From the NCBI GenBank assembly GCA_964016885.1, contig OZ024740.1, positions 278,132,001 to 278,196,000 on the forward strand: a DNA stretch of 64,000 nucleotides, in the 5' to 3' direction. This DNA comes from Eledone cirrhosa. Its lineage: Eukaryota. A model generated the notes under the pieces. The model did no database searches. It saw nothing but the letters and a program-made list of their open reading frames with translations, and had not been told where the DNA came from. The translations under genes were made by a program, and so were the position numbers. Shown here piece by piece: positions 36,234 through 50,079 of this stretch; position 1 is the stretch's first letter; each line of letters opens with the position of its first letter.

Positions 36234-39200
36234 TGTTTCTTTTATTTGCCACCAGGGCATCAAAAGTGGGACAAGTACAATGGGGGGAGTTTACAAAACA
36301 AGGCGTCCTCAATAAGGAGGAGGCAATAACAAAATATAAAAATAAAATAAAATATAACAGAATAAAATTTATAACAAAATCCTCAATAGAGAGGAGGCAA
36401 TAACAAAATATAAAAATAAAATAAAATATAACAGAATAAAATTTATAACAAAATCCTCAATAGAGAGGAGGCGCCTTGGGTGGGCGCACACACCCCCGAA
36501 AAAAAAGTGTGCAACCCTTTTCCTCAGGATCACAGAGAAGGGGTGCTCCCTTGGTCTTTCATCTTCCTCACCTATAGTCTGATGTAGAGTGAAGGCCCAT
36601 TCACACGGGCCATTCTCGCCACTTTCACCCATCTTTCATAAAAAAGGCTGGGGTGCAGCACCTCTCTCTCCATCCTGATCCTTCTTCCGAAATGATATCG
36701 GAAGAAACGGACCTGTTGTTGGCCAGAGAGAAAGGTGTCTGACCTCAGTCCTTTCAGACGCGTCCACCATACAACCTCTTTCGCCATGGCTATTACGCAC
36801 AGAAACACCGCCTCTCCTTCGTTTTTGAAGAGGGGAGGCGGCTTGGTCGTTACAATAGACTCGGTGGTCAACCGGATCGGTCCCACCCTTGACAGCAGTT
36901 GTTCGACATAGCCTCACAGATCGGCAATGCCCGAGCAGTGTACCAATGCGTGTGCAACGGTTTCCTCGTCGCACACGCATCTGGGACAGATCTTTTTCGA
37001 GGGGTCCCTACCCGGGCGCCCGTGTCTGTAGAGCCTTTCTCGAACGGGCAGAACCCTTCTGTAGCTTTGCCAGGCCAGGGACCTCTGGAAGTTATCCATG
37101 GGTCCCGGGCTGAATGTCCTACCGAACAGGTTTGCCAGTTCGTCTTCCTCCATGCCTAGGGCTTCTCCGAGGGCGTCGTCGCACCTGCTAACCACCAGCC
37201 CTCTATAGAATGACGAAGTGGATTCTCCACTGACAGCCGGGTCCGTCTGCCAGAGAGCCGTGAGCGCCTGGGCACACTCGATGTGCCAGGAGCCCAGTTT
37301 TCTCGGTCTTTGCTTGACCCAGGATTGCAGCTCGGTGAGTGAAACGAGTCTGGGAAAGGCTCGCCTCACAAACGGTGCACACACCGGTTGACCGGAGAGG
37401 AATACCTGAAGGTGCCGTAGCCTTAATGCGTGTTTACGTATCATTAGCCACGGCATTCCCAGCCCTCCTTTCGAAGGGTGTTGACAGCAGATGGATCACC
37501 TCACCGTAGGAGCCCGCTTCTTCCAAAGGAATTGGAAGAGTGCGCGCTCCATTTTGGCGAGCGTTTCCCTTGGGCAAGGCACAACGGTCAGGCGGTAGTA
37601 GATGACGGACGTTATATAAGTGTTCGCCACCTCCGCCCGACTTTTCAGGGACAGTTTGCACTCGGCCCACTTCTGGGTCAGTGCAAACACCCTGTTCGTT
37701 ACCTCACCCCAGTTCTTCTCCACCTGGAGGTCTGGTCCGAACCAGACTCCGAGCAACTTCACCGGGCCCTCCGTCCAGCGCCCGACGACGCCATCGGAGG
37801 ACATCGATCTGCCCCTCCACGTTCCGAGTTGCAGACCGATCGACTTGTCCCGGTTCAGCTTAGCCCCTGTAAACCTTTCGTACTCCTCCAGTAAGGTGCC
37901 GATCGCCCCGATTTCCGAGGCCGTCGACACCATTACTGTTACGTCATCAGCGTAGGCTGACACCGCTTTCCGCAATCCCAGTTCCAACGGTATGCCCTGC
38001 AACAACTCCAACTTCCGCAGCAGTGGCTCTTGAGTCACTACATACAGAAGGGAGGAGAGAGGGCACCACTGTCGGATGGACCGCGCGATTTCGAACGGCT
38101 CCGAGAGGTAGCCGTTCACCTTGACCCTAGAGCAGATGCGGCTGCTGTGCATGGCATTGATCCAGCCCCTGAAAACGGGTCCGAAGCCTGCTGCCGCTAG
38201 CACCGCATCCAGGTAACCATGGTCGACCCTATCGAATGCCTTAGATTGATCCAAGTTGATCCGGGCCCCACCAAAGCCGGGTTCGTTCCCAACCCTCTCT
38301 ATGATCTATCGCATGAGGTGGAGGTTGTGGTGGATGGACCTGGACGGGATAGCACATGTCTGCGCATCTCCCACCAGGTTTCCCACGACAAGCGCCAACC
38401 TCTTTGCTAGCACCTTGGCCAAAATCTGTAACTCTGTATTTAGCAGAGTTATGGGCCTGAAATTATTTATATCGTCCCCCTTGTTCTCGTCCTTCCTCAC
38501 TAGCGTGACTACGCCCTTGGTCACAGCACAGGGAATTCTCCCGTTCTGTTGCCAGTTGCAGTAGACCGCCTCGAGGAGATCGGGGAACAAGTCCGGCATA
38601 GCTAGATATAGTTCGTATGGAAGACAATCGAGACCCGGGGATTTGCGTTTGCCGCATTGGCTCAGCGCGGCCTCTATCTCAGCGGCTGAAATCGGCTCCT
38701 CGCAGGACTTCGCCTCCCTGCCCGAGAGACGCGGCAGGCCGTCGAGGTATGGACCGAAGTCCACATCCCCAACCGGCCCCCCGCCCTTCCTAACAATCCG
38801 GCAACTGCTTTTGAAAAGCCTCGCACATCTGCTTAGGTTCAAGGATCACCCGCCCATACTGGTCTCGCAAAGACCGGATAGTGGATCTGCTCCCTCTTTT
38901 GGCTTCTGTCACGCGGGCCCAGCTAACAGCTTTGGTCCCCTCGTTCCCTAGAGCACGTATTTTACTTCGTACAACGCAGCCTTCGTGCTTCGCGTCGGAA
39001 AACTGGCTCAAAGCCGTTCTCGACGCTAGCACTGTGGCTACGTCGCCGCTTCTAATTGCCTCTTCTACACTATCTACCAACTTATTTTCCTTCCTGTTTC
39101 TATTAGAGGCTAACTCCTTACTAAATTCTATAGAGACTACTCTAATCTCTCTTTTGAGAGATCCCCACCACCTGCTGTTGACGATGGCGCCCGTCAACCG

Positions 39201-39478
39201 CTCCTTAACTAAAGTGCTAATCCGGTTCCTGTAAGCCTTACTTGCCGGTAAGGACAAGTTGAGCTTCCAGTAACCGGGTCCCTGTCTATGAGTTCTGTCA
39301 AGGTTGACCATGCAGGTCACTAACTTGTGGTCTAAATAGCCAACCATGCACATTTTTGGACAACTTGAAAATTCCTTATCCTTAATTCTAACTAAGAACC
39401 TATCTAGGTACGACCTAGATGATCCGCTACTATTTGCCCAAGTCCAGGTTGGCGCAGTCGGAAAATCTAGTCGATATC
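36233..39478 (-). mobile_element. Tx1/L1-group LINE, 5'-truncated ORF2 (APE C-terminus, RT, Zn knuckle) with frameshifts
   Basis: TWTW...SRSYLDR...LDHK...GPGYWKLN; KSPGLD, NFRPITLLN, DQSKAFDRVDH, SIRQWCPLS, AYADDVTV; CPRCVCDEETVAHALVHC. AATAAA at the 3' end and a ~74-bp duplication at 36315-36470. Confidence 0.9.
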
Positions 39479-39547
<69 letters not shown>

Positions 39548-39549
39548 TT

Positions 39550-39928
39550 TGAGTATATGTTGGTTGTTTACCGACACCTCAGTATGCAGATTGGAGTACT
39601 CGACGAATTACGCAGGTTGGTATGTTTACTCCGGAGTAGTGTAAAATAATTAAGTCAAATATGTAAAATTTGGCTTCGTTTAGTATAAATTATAGATATA
39701 CTGCTATATATATTTCGGTGACAGCCATCATTGGCTGTGACATCTTCAGACAGTCCGAATTGGTGTGGGAAAGATAGGAACACATGTTGTTGAAGTGTGT
39801 TTTACTCTGTCAATTCATCGATATGTCCAGCTCCTGGTTGTGTTGTTATTCTTCTGGGGAACTGGAAACATATGTTTCCAATTCCTCAGAAGAATAACAA
39901 CACAACCAGGAGCTGGACATATCGATGA
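39550..39928 (-). mobile_element. PLE pLTR fragment with hammerhead motif and 5' fold-back
   Basis: Homologous to 42700-42910 and 63650-63880. Palindrome at 39815-39928; flanked by (TA)n. Confidence 0.7.
39700..39754 (-). ncRNA. Type I hammerhead ribozyme
   Basis: Reverse complement: ACTGT-CTGAAGA-TGTCACAGCCAATGATGGCTGTCACC-GAAA-TATATA-TA|GCAGT. Confidence 0.65.
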
Positions 39929-39937
39929 TATATAGTT

Positions 39938-39971
<34 letters not shown>

Positions 39972-40105
39972 CTAGAATTAGCCGTCGAAACGGCTTGAGC
40001 TCAGCCGTCGGGGTCCTACTCGTTCCTATTACCCACTCTACTACCCTAAGTATTGAGTACTTTGGTGCGTTATGGTCCACCTGGTTCCTTACCACATTTC
40101 CTCCG

Positions 40106-40153
<48 letters not shown>

Positions 40154-40379
40154 TTAACAAATGGAAACTATATTTATAAAACCATATTTATTTCATTATA
40201 CATATTTCAAGGACACCAAAGCAAATTATGGTGCGCTTTCATCAGATAAAATATAATATAGATCAGTTTTATAAACAAATATTGACATACCCTTAAAAAA
40301 TGCAACCATATATATATGACGGCGATGAATTTGTTTTGCGAGGTTTTTGATATTAAATCGTCTGTCGAAACAAATATTG

Positions 40380-41316
40380 TTATAATTGAGGAGGGTCATA
40401 TTGTTGTAATAATATTGCCAGAAATAATAACAGAACACACTCACTGTTTGGTTGGTTTTCGCTTCTGTATCTTGTATATCTCTACATTAATACATTTGGT
40501 CCTCAATGTTTATCATTGAGTGACCAACGGTCAAAAATACAGATATAAACACATATATAGTCTAACAAAGTTCTTTCGTTGCACATCTGCAACATCATCA
40601 GTGGTACTATTATGTTCCTCCTGTTGTATTGTATGTCTACGCCATTTTTATTTTATCTGTTTATTTATTTATTTATTTTTGTCTTCTCTGCGCATGCGTT
40701 TGCGTGTGTGTATATTATTTGGTGTGTGTGTTCGCGTTTGGGTGACTGTGTTTTGGTTATTGTATTCTATCTTAGCTTACTAGTGTGTGTTTATATGTGT
40801 TTGTTGTTATTGTGCTTGTGTATATATTTATTTATTTATTTATTTATATTTCTCTTAAGTCAGTATTGTTTGTTTGGGTGTTGTTATTCCATTCGTTTTT
40901 TCTGTTTAGCTTTGGCCTTCTAAGCTCTATTTCGCTTGCCTCTCTGATTTGCCTACCTGCTGGGTAATTTCTATGTTTAGATATTATTTAAATTTCTATG
41001 TTGTCTATGTTACCGTCTTGTTGTTGTCTGGCATGTTCGTATAGTTTTGAAACGGTTTTTTCGTCTTTTAATTCCTCCCAGTGTTGGTCTATCCTTTTTC
41101 CTATGTTTCTAGCTGTCTCGCCTATGTATGTTGTCATGTTTCTGCAAGTACCCTCTGTACATTTTATGCTATAGACTACATTTTTAGTTTTACAGTTTAT
41201 CTGGGGATTTACTTTACATATAACAGATTTCGTATAAGTACCGTGGGTTTTCTTAAAAGGGGATGTTTTGCTGATCAGGGATTTTATGGTAGTTTCTGGC
41301 TTTTCTACCACTTTAA

Positions 41317-41320
<4 letters not shown>
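40380..41320 (-). mobile_element. PLE 3' fragment (GIY-YIG endonuclease plus pLTR)
   Basis: CKTKNVVYSIKCTEGTCRNMTTYIGETARNIGKRIDQH. Hammerhead core on the reverse strand: CTGATGA-TGTTGCAGATGTGCAAC-GAAA (40574-40601). Second copy at 54960-56015. Confidence 0.85.
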
Positions 41321-41375
<55 letters not shown>

Positions 41376-41379
<4 letters not shown>

Positions 41380-41821
41380 TAAAAGAGAAAACACAGGTAA
41401 GCATTAAGAGAAGGATTTTATCCAGGTATTTACGACCGTTTCATTGGTAAGTGCAACCTTATATTGCTATACTGCAAATAGCAGCCACTCAATTATAATT
41501 GTTGTTCACAGTCAAAATTTTCAAAATAGTGAGCGACTCACTATTTTGAAAATTTGGACTGTGAACAACAATTATAATTGAGTGGCTGCTATTTGCAGTA
41601 TAGCAATATAAGGTTGCACTTACCAATGAAACGGTCGTAAATACCTGGATAAAATCCTTCTCTTAATGCATACCTGTGTTTTCTCTTTTATACTGTATAC
41701 TCCAAGATTGAACGGAATTCTTACAAACTTGTGGAGTTACCCCTAACCGTACGTTGAAACCATCCATGAAACTGGCTTTCTTAATCAAGAACTGGATCAC
41801 AATAAGCAATTTTCTGCTTGT

Positions 41822-41826
<5 letters not shown>
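41376..41826 (+). repeat. ~160-bp-arm palindrome (centre 41535) with unpaired tail, PLE-like fold-back insertion in (TA)n
   Basis: 41376-41533 is the near-perfect reverse complement of 41537-41694. Confidence 0.85.
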
Positions 41827-41855
<29 letters not shown>

Positions 41856-41857
<2 letters not shown>

Positions 41858-42090
41858 TTCACCGTATTTTTGACTAAAGGAATTTTAGCCTGATAATGGG
41901 GTTTAGAACCCTCAAATAAATGGGAAAAGATGAGTATTGACCTACATGTACGCCAATACTCATCTTTTTCCATTTATCTGAGGGTTCTAAACCCCATTAT
42001 CAGGCTAAAATTCCTTTAGTCTAAAATACGGTGAAAGCTATTCTATTTTCTAATTTCAAACCTGCTCACTGTTTCAAAACATACTTACTT
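41856..42090 (+). repeat. ~90-bp-arm palindrome (centre 41946/41947) with tail, in (TA)n
   Basis: 41856-41946 pairs with 41947-42037. Confidence 0.85.
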
Positions 42091-42117
42091 GATATATATG
42101 TATATATAAATACATAG

Positions 42118-42151
<34 letters not shown>

Positions 42152-42159
42152 ACATACAT

Positions 42160-42193
<34 letters not shown>

Positions 42194-42255
42194 CTATGTA
42201 TTTATATATATTTATATATATAGAGAGAGAGAGATACAGAGAGAGAGAGAGAGAT

Positions 42256-42315
<60 letters not shown>

Positions 42316-42518
42316 TTTTCTTATAATAATCCAATTTAGGTTTTTCCTGCACATCTATTATATACAAATAATTGATAAATTATATTATTTTCACGGTGAA
42401 TCAATACATTTTTGTGTTTATGAAAATTAATTGCAATTACAGGAGTTTATATGAATTTATTAATGCTTGCTTTACTTTTAATTGTTTGTTTTTAACCAAA
42501 TTATACTATATATATATG

Positions 42519-42580
<62 letters not shown>

Positions 42581-42648
42581 ACATATATATACAGTATATA
42601 TATATATGCATGTAGATTATATAAACACACACACACACATATATATAT

Positions 42649-42689
<41 letters not shown>

Positions 42690-42699
42690 AAATAAAATA

Positions 42700-45650
42700 A
42701 ATAAGTCAAATGTTTAAAATTTCGCTTCGTTTATTACTGCTATATATATTTCGGTGACAGCCATCTGTGGCTGTGACCTCTTCAGGCCGTCCGAATTAGT
42801 GTGGTAGATACGAGTACACATGTTGTTGAGGTGTATAACTTTGTCAATACTCTGATATACCCAGTTCCTGGTTGTGTTTTTGGTTCATTGAGGAACTGGA
42901 ATCATATGAATTTAAACAAACGAATTTCAGCGTCAGAAGACATCTTCTCCTCTCATTGGTCAGTTGTGAGAACATTCCTCAGTCAAAAGTCTATAGAAAT
43001 TCATTCTGAGGCAAGGCAATCTGTAGTGGTTTTTTCTTGTTATTGCTAAGTATATCTGCCCTCTACTTGTATATTGGTAGTGGTGTTGATGTTAGAAACA
43101 GCTCAAAAAATGATAAAGTGGTAGAAGGAATAAGGTGGTAGAGGAACCAAATAAATAATCAAATAAAATGTGTGTGTGTTATACCCAATCTCAATGTTAT
43201 ACAAATTTGTAAGTTCACTCCTCCCATTGGTCAGTTTTGAGAGCATTCCTCAGTCAAAAGTCTATATAAATTCTTTCTGAGGTTAGGTTCCCTGTAGTGT
43301 TTGTTTTTGCTATTGTTAGGTACATCTGACCTCTACCCTTAATTTGGTAGTGTTGTTGGTGTTATGGTCAGCCCATGTCTTGCTGCTGCTGACATTTATA
43401 AGTATCTGTGTGTGTTTCTTCATCCATCCTGCCACCATCTCTCGTGGTGGTGGTGTGTGGGGCGGGGGCGCGTAGCTTTGCCATGTTTATGAAGAAATAG
43501 AAGGCAATAAGAGGAAGAAAACAGAAAATAAATAATGAATAGAAAATAAATTAAAAATTAATTAATGAAAAATGACAAATGACAAATGTAAAATGAAATA
43601 GAGATTGAAAAATGTAAAATGAAAAATGAAGATGAAAAGTGGAAAATAGAAGTGAAGATTCAAATAAAATAAAATGTGTGTTCTGTAACCAATCTCAATG
43701 TCAGAAAGATGTTGGATAAAATGGTAGGAGGAACAAGATGGTAAAAGAATAAAACGAAATAAGATAATTAAATAAAAAGTGTGTTTTAACCATTCTCAAC
43801 TTAAATATAAGGCATAAATATAAGGCATAAGGTAAAAAAAAAAAAACAAATGAAAAATCAATGCAAAATCAATGAAAAATCAAGTAAAATAAAATGTGTG
43901 TGTGTTATAAAGATGTTGGCCAAATTAGAAAGGCTGTGTCAGAATCAATCTCTAGGCTATCATGGTGTCAGCTCAGCCGGGGTGGGTCCCTATGGCTTGA
44001 GGGGAGTTCCCAACATATGGTGTTGTTACTGCCCATATAGCTTGAGGGAGGTCTGGCTGAGAGGTGTCTACATGTTCTGGAGAAGTCCCTATAGCCTGAG
44101 GGGGTTCAATTCTCAGTGTGTTGCTACTGTCCATATAGCTCGAGGAAGGTCCCGGCCCTGACGTGTCTGCATGTCCCGAAGAAGTCGGTTCTGAGGTTTA
44201 TCAGGCGGCTTCCACCTCTTAGTATCTCGAGGCTCTCGTTCAGACATAGTTTGCATATGCCACATCCCCCTTTATCGGGTGGTACCTTCCTGGTTATGGA
44301 CCAGGCCAGAGAGTACGGGGCCCTGTCCAGCTTCAGCTTCCAGATCAGGTCGGAGAGAGCCGTACTTTTCCTTTTGGCCTCCTTGTTGAAGGAAATCCGA
44401 TGGTTATACCAGCCGTCTTTAAAGCTCGTTGATGTGGCTCCTATGTAGAGGTGTTCGGAGTTGGGGGTTTTAACCCTACATCCGTATATTATGTTCTTCT
44501 TAAGGCATTCATTGCTAAGGGGGCATGTTTCGGGGTTTCTGCAGTTGCAGAGGGTAGTCGACCTCTCCGTGCCTAGTGTGGGGTTCCCGTTAGGTGTTGC
44601 CTGGTGGTCTTCCCCCGGGCACGGTGGGGGTTTCCGGGTCTGTTTGATTTATTTGGGTGGGAACTGGGTCCCACCCTCCCTCCTTCCACATAGTTCTGCT
44701 GGGTGCTTATATTGCCATCTTCTGGTTGTGTGTGTTTTTTAAGCCTACTCCTGTTGATACTAGCTATGTGTTGGGTCAGATTTCTCGTGGTGGAATACGA
44801 GAGCTTCACAGTGTGTCTGTTGAAGATCTTGTGGTATCTATGGCCCCTCGGGAAGCATTTATCAAGTGCTCCAAAGAATGATCGGGCCAAGCTGTTCTTT
44901 AGGGCCGCTGAGTAGGGTGGGTTGTCCCACGTGATTTTTCTGCGTCTACTCCCATATGGGTGGGTTGGGGGCGTCGTGAGTTGTTGGAGAGATGTTGCGT
45001 TGCTGGTGGTTCCCGTATTGTTGCTTCCTCTTTGGGCGCTATGCGTTTTGCTATCTCCACGGCCCGAATCTGTGGGGTGGTCGTTGCCCGCGCTGGGGGA
45101 TCATGGCGGGGTGGTCCTCCGTTACCCCCCCACCACCACCACCACCACCACGTGTCCTGCGGTTGGGGTCGTCGGGCCCGGGGTGGTTATCATCACCCCT
45201 GAGACTGCTACTCATATTGGGTTTCATCTCATGGTTAAGGGTACACGTCACCATCGCCCGTATGGTGGTGTCGGGCTCATGGTGCTTATTTGTTTCTGTT
45301 CTGCCTGTATTGTTAGGGTTCTCCTCTTCCCGGACAAGGCGGGTGTGGGTGTCCGTTGGGCCGTCCACATCCGGGCGTTTGGGACTATATGTTATATTTG
45401 GGCCATGTGCCGCCTTATTTAGAGCTGCGTTGTAATATTCCGCGTTGTTATCAAATATTTCCTTATTAGTGGACAGGCTGGAGATCCTGTCCGAGACACT
45501 CTTCACCACGGCCTTGGTAATGGATCTAGGGTCGTTTAACTTGGCGTTAACATACACAAGTTTCTCGTTGGGCTTGTGGTAAGGGTAGTATTGCTCGGTG
45601 TTCAGGTTTAGAGTGGTGACTAGGAAGTTAACTACCTTTCTATTCGGGTC
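42700..45650 (-). mobile_element. PLE, 5'-truncated: RT C-terminus/thumb, linker, GIY-YIG, long 3' region with hammerhead
   Basis: NFLVTTLNLNTEQYYPYHKPNEKLVYVN; RKITWDNPPYS...HKIFNRHTVKLSYS; CNCRNPETCPLSNECLKKNIIY...YIGATSTSFK...CKLCLNE...TCRH (ending ~44160). Confidence 0.82.
42736..42790 (-). ncRNA. Type I hammerhead ribozyme
   Basis: Reverse complement: ACGGC-CTGAAGA-GGTCACAGCCACAGATGGCTGTCACC-GAAA-TATATA-TA|GCAGT. Confidence 0.65.
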
Positions 45651-45724
45651 TAGTTTGATACTGAGCTCCTCATTCCCTCCAACCTAGTGGTGCTGTGGTC
45701 ATATACTGTGAAGAGAGCATCTCC

Positions 45725-45780
<56 letters not shown>

Positions 45781-45967
45781 TGAGAGAGAGAGAGAGAGAG
45801 AAAGAAAGAAAGAAAGAGTGAGGGAGAGAGAGAGAGAAAATAGATAGGTAGATAAATTTACAAAGTAACTTTACAGCTAAATTGTAAAGTATCCATTGTA
45901 TACATATGTGTGTGTGTGACAATACGCACTATATGTGGGTGTGCACTGCATGTGTATGAGTACGTAA

Positions 45968-46024
<57 letters not shown>

Positions 46025-46026
46025 GA

Positions 46027-46088
<62 letters not shown>

Positions 46089-46467
46089 TTGGAAAATGTG
46101 TGAGATCCTTGGTACAATTAGGTATATTTGAGAAAAATGAAAAGAATGACATCCCTTGTGGTGTTAAATAATTTGATTTCATTTTATAATATTATAATAT
46201 TATGAGTTGGTAGATCTAGTAAGTTCTTTGTTAACTTCGGTGGGAAGAAGTTTAAAGATTCCTGGTTAACTTTTGTTGGAGAACTTTCTCGCATTCGTCT
46301 GTGGCGATTGTCAAACTGAGATCAGGTTGTGTTGAGGTGTGTGACTATATATATATATAAGAGAGATTTGGATGTGTCTGGGGTGTTGGGTGGGGTGTTA
46401 ATGAGTGTTGATGGAGATTCCGAGGAATTAAAGCATACACACACATACACGCACACACGCACACACG

Positions 46468-46505
<38 letters not shown>

Positions 46506-47318
46506 ATGGAAAAATTTGAACAGGGACAAAACAGAGAGGCAGTACAACGAATGTTTATTAATTTCACGCTCTGGAGAGTGGGGTGTTGGTGATATATATA
46601 TATATATAAATACACTCAGAAAATGGTGAGGTTGCAAGATAAGGGTGTTTGAGAAGGTTGTTGTAAACATTCCCTCCTGCTGGTTTTATTTCATTAGCCG
46701 ACCTTTGATGAGAATATAATGGCATAGCTGAATCAACTCTCTTAAATTTATAAAGAATATCTTCTACAAATTTCTATATCAAAGATGAATTTAGATGCGT
46801 GTCTGGGTTTTAATGAGGTGTAAGATACATGTCTTTTCATAAGAATGGGATGACAGTAAAAAGAGAAAAGAAGGATAGTTTTGGAACATTTGTCAAAAAT
46901 GTGTTGTTGATATAGGTTTGGGAGAGGAAGTGTGGCGGGGACATGCTAGCTCACATATTCACTTCCCTATATATAAATATATTTACAGGCCATATATATT
47001 ACATACATACACACTCACATACACACACATATATATATATATACACACACACATATATATATACACACATATATATATACACACATGTATACACACACAT
47101 ATATACACACATATATACACACATATATACACACAAATATATATATACACACATACACATATATACACACACATGCATACGCATATATATAAACATACAC
47201 ACACACATATATATACACCCATATCTACATATATATATAGATATATACACAGACACACATGCATACATCCACACATACATACATAAACATACGTATACAC
47301 ATAAACATACATACACAC

Positions 47319-47360
<42 letters not shown>

Positions 47361-47901
47361 AAAGTATGTGTTCCTGCATGTAAATAATACACACAGGGAT
47401 ACAAGTATAGTCCGCCCGTATGCCAGTGTAGTTCAATGGCAAGTTAATAAATTAACAAGCCAGAACATATAAAATCAAGGAAAAGCTAATAAAGAAAATA
47501 TTTTAAAATAAATTTCAAAAAATTCACTGTACTTACAATATGTGCCTTTACCGCGGTTTCAGATTCCAAAATAATAGATAATCCAAGCGGAAATCCATTG
47601 AGAAAGAGATCCTCGTCAGAAGGCTTTTCTCTCTCGGAGAATATAAGATTCCCGAGTTCAAAATACAAACTGGCGCCATACAAAACTGCCCCAAGAAATG
47701 AATGATAAAACAATTTTGTCTAGTACGGTGAGCAAAGACTGAAAGCTAGGTGGATAGGTCAATCTCTCGCTACTAAAAATAGCAGCCGTTCAAATGATAT
47801 TGTGCACACACACATACATATACACACACACATATATACACACACACACACACACATATATACACATATATATATACACATACGCATATATATACACATA
47901 C

Positions 47902-48355
<454 letters not shown>

Positions 48356-48446
48356 GTACATATATATATATATATGTGTGCATATATGTATATATATACA
48401 TACTACTGTACGTCTGTATACATCTATGTATGTACGTATATATACT

Positions 48447-48479
<33 letters not shown>

Positions 48480-48689
48480 CACATACGCACGTGCATACAC
48501 ATATATACAGACACACATATGCACACATACATATAAAAATGTACACATATATCTGTATACCTACAGACACATATATAAAAAACACATCTATACATACATA
48601 TATGTACACACATCTACTCGAGTATTTAAGTTCACATATACATTGGTGTGGAGGAGGGGAAATTGTTGAAATGTTACTGTACCTCTGAG

Positions 48690-49530
48690 GGTTTTTCTAC
48701 TCTTCAGCGATCGTATATTTGAAAGTACGGGTGTCATCAACTATTTTTTTCTTTTTCAATGTGAGATTTTATTAAAGAAAATAGAGGGGGAGAATCCCGT
48801 TACTTGAAGATGGATTATCACTTTTTTGTGTTCAGTAGTGGTTTGTATTTTCTAATAAAGAATTGTTCTTTATATTTTCAGTAATGTTCGTTGTCCGACT
48901 ATTTCTTAAAGAAGGAAAAATTTGTGAAATTTCCCTTTCCGCATGGTGCGAAGTGTTCACTGTATGTGGTGTTTCTGACAGAGGGGTCTCTAATTTGTTG
49001 TTTATGTACTCGAACTCTCTCATGTAGACCCGTTCCGGTTTCACCAATGTACTATTCTTTACATTGTAGGCTGGTTGTACAGTAAATCAAGGTTTTTTGT
49101 TTTGCAATTCATATTTGCATTAACTGTGAAAAAATGGTTGTTTTTAAAGGAGATTTGTCCACCCTCTTCAATGTGTTCGCAAATTCCGCATCGAGGGTCC
49201 CCGCATTTCTTAACTTGCATTGCTTCATTATTGGACGTAAATTTTGCCTTGGTAAGCAGTTTCTTACGTTGGGTGCTTGGCGTCTACTATATATAATTTG
49301 TGCGTCTTTTATGAGTGCATTCATTTTAGAGGACGGCTGGAGAATCGGGAGAAATTTTTTGGCGGTTTTCACAATGTTGAAGTTCTTTGGGTTGTGATGA
49401 CAAAAAGGATAACTGTTTTTTCCATTCTATTTTGTTGCTTTGTTTTTCACAGTGTTGTCACTGGGATGTTCTCGGCTTTGGTTGATGAGGTTCACCGGCT
49501 ATTCTTGTCTTTTAAGGAACTCTTTTAATT
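48690..49530 (-). pseudogene. PLE GIY-YIG endonuclease remnant with Cys-rich linker (Neptune-like)
   Basis: IIYSRRQAPNVRN, KCGDPRCGICEHI, NMNCKTKN, YIGETGTGLHERVRVHKQQI, KEQFFIRKYKP. Contains stops and frameshifts. Confidence 0.75.
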
Positions 49531-49657
49531 CATATGTATATATTTATATATATTGGACACACTAGAAGAATAAGACGCAGGACATGGCAGCATTAATGAG
49601 GGACAGAGACCGCTGGAGAGAACTCTTCCATGGATCTCGGGAATTTTACCCGCCCTA

Positions 49658-49689
<32 letters not shown>

Positions 49690-49691
<2 letters not shown>

Positions 49692-50010
49692 CGAAAATTC
49701 AGCATCTGGACTCAGTTTATTGTGTGTTACAATTGTTTCGCCGGCAGATAGCTCGAGGCACGATCATTGTATGGATCTGTCTGATTCTAGATGTGCAGGT
49801 TCTTCGGACATATGCAATACTTTCGGAACAAATTTTCTCACTGGGGTGTTAGCTTCAAAAAACATCTTTCTCTCTTGTCTTGCTATTGGCTGTTGTTTTT
49901 CTACGTTATCATAAATTCTGGTCAATATTTGCTGCCATACTGGACATTAGCTACTCTCCGTCCGACACACTTCAATGGACTCATGCTGGGTTTGGTATTT
50001 CACAAGTTCG
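49690..50010 (-). repeat. Dispersed repeat, probably PLE-derived; inverted copy at 54595-54920
   Basis: Direct reverse-complement homology; the other copy contains GAAA-CAATTG-TA (hammerhead 3' half). Confidence 0.7.
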
Positions 50011-50079
50011 CTCATACACACATATATAAGCGTATGTGTGTATGTATATATACAGATATGTATATCGTAATAAATGGAG

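Noticed and set aside
46140-46920. Possible further PLE endonuclease remnant on the minus strand
   Set aside because: Only a faint motif resemblance; too decayed to support.
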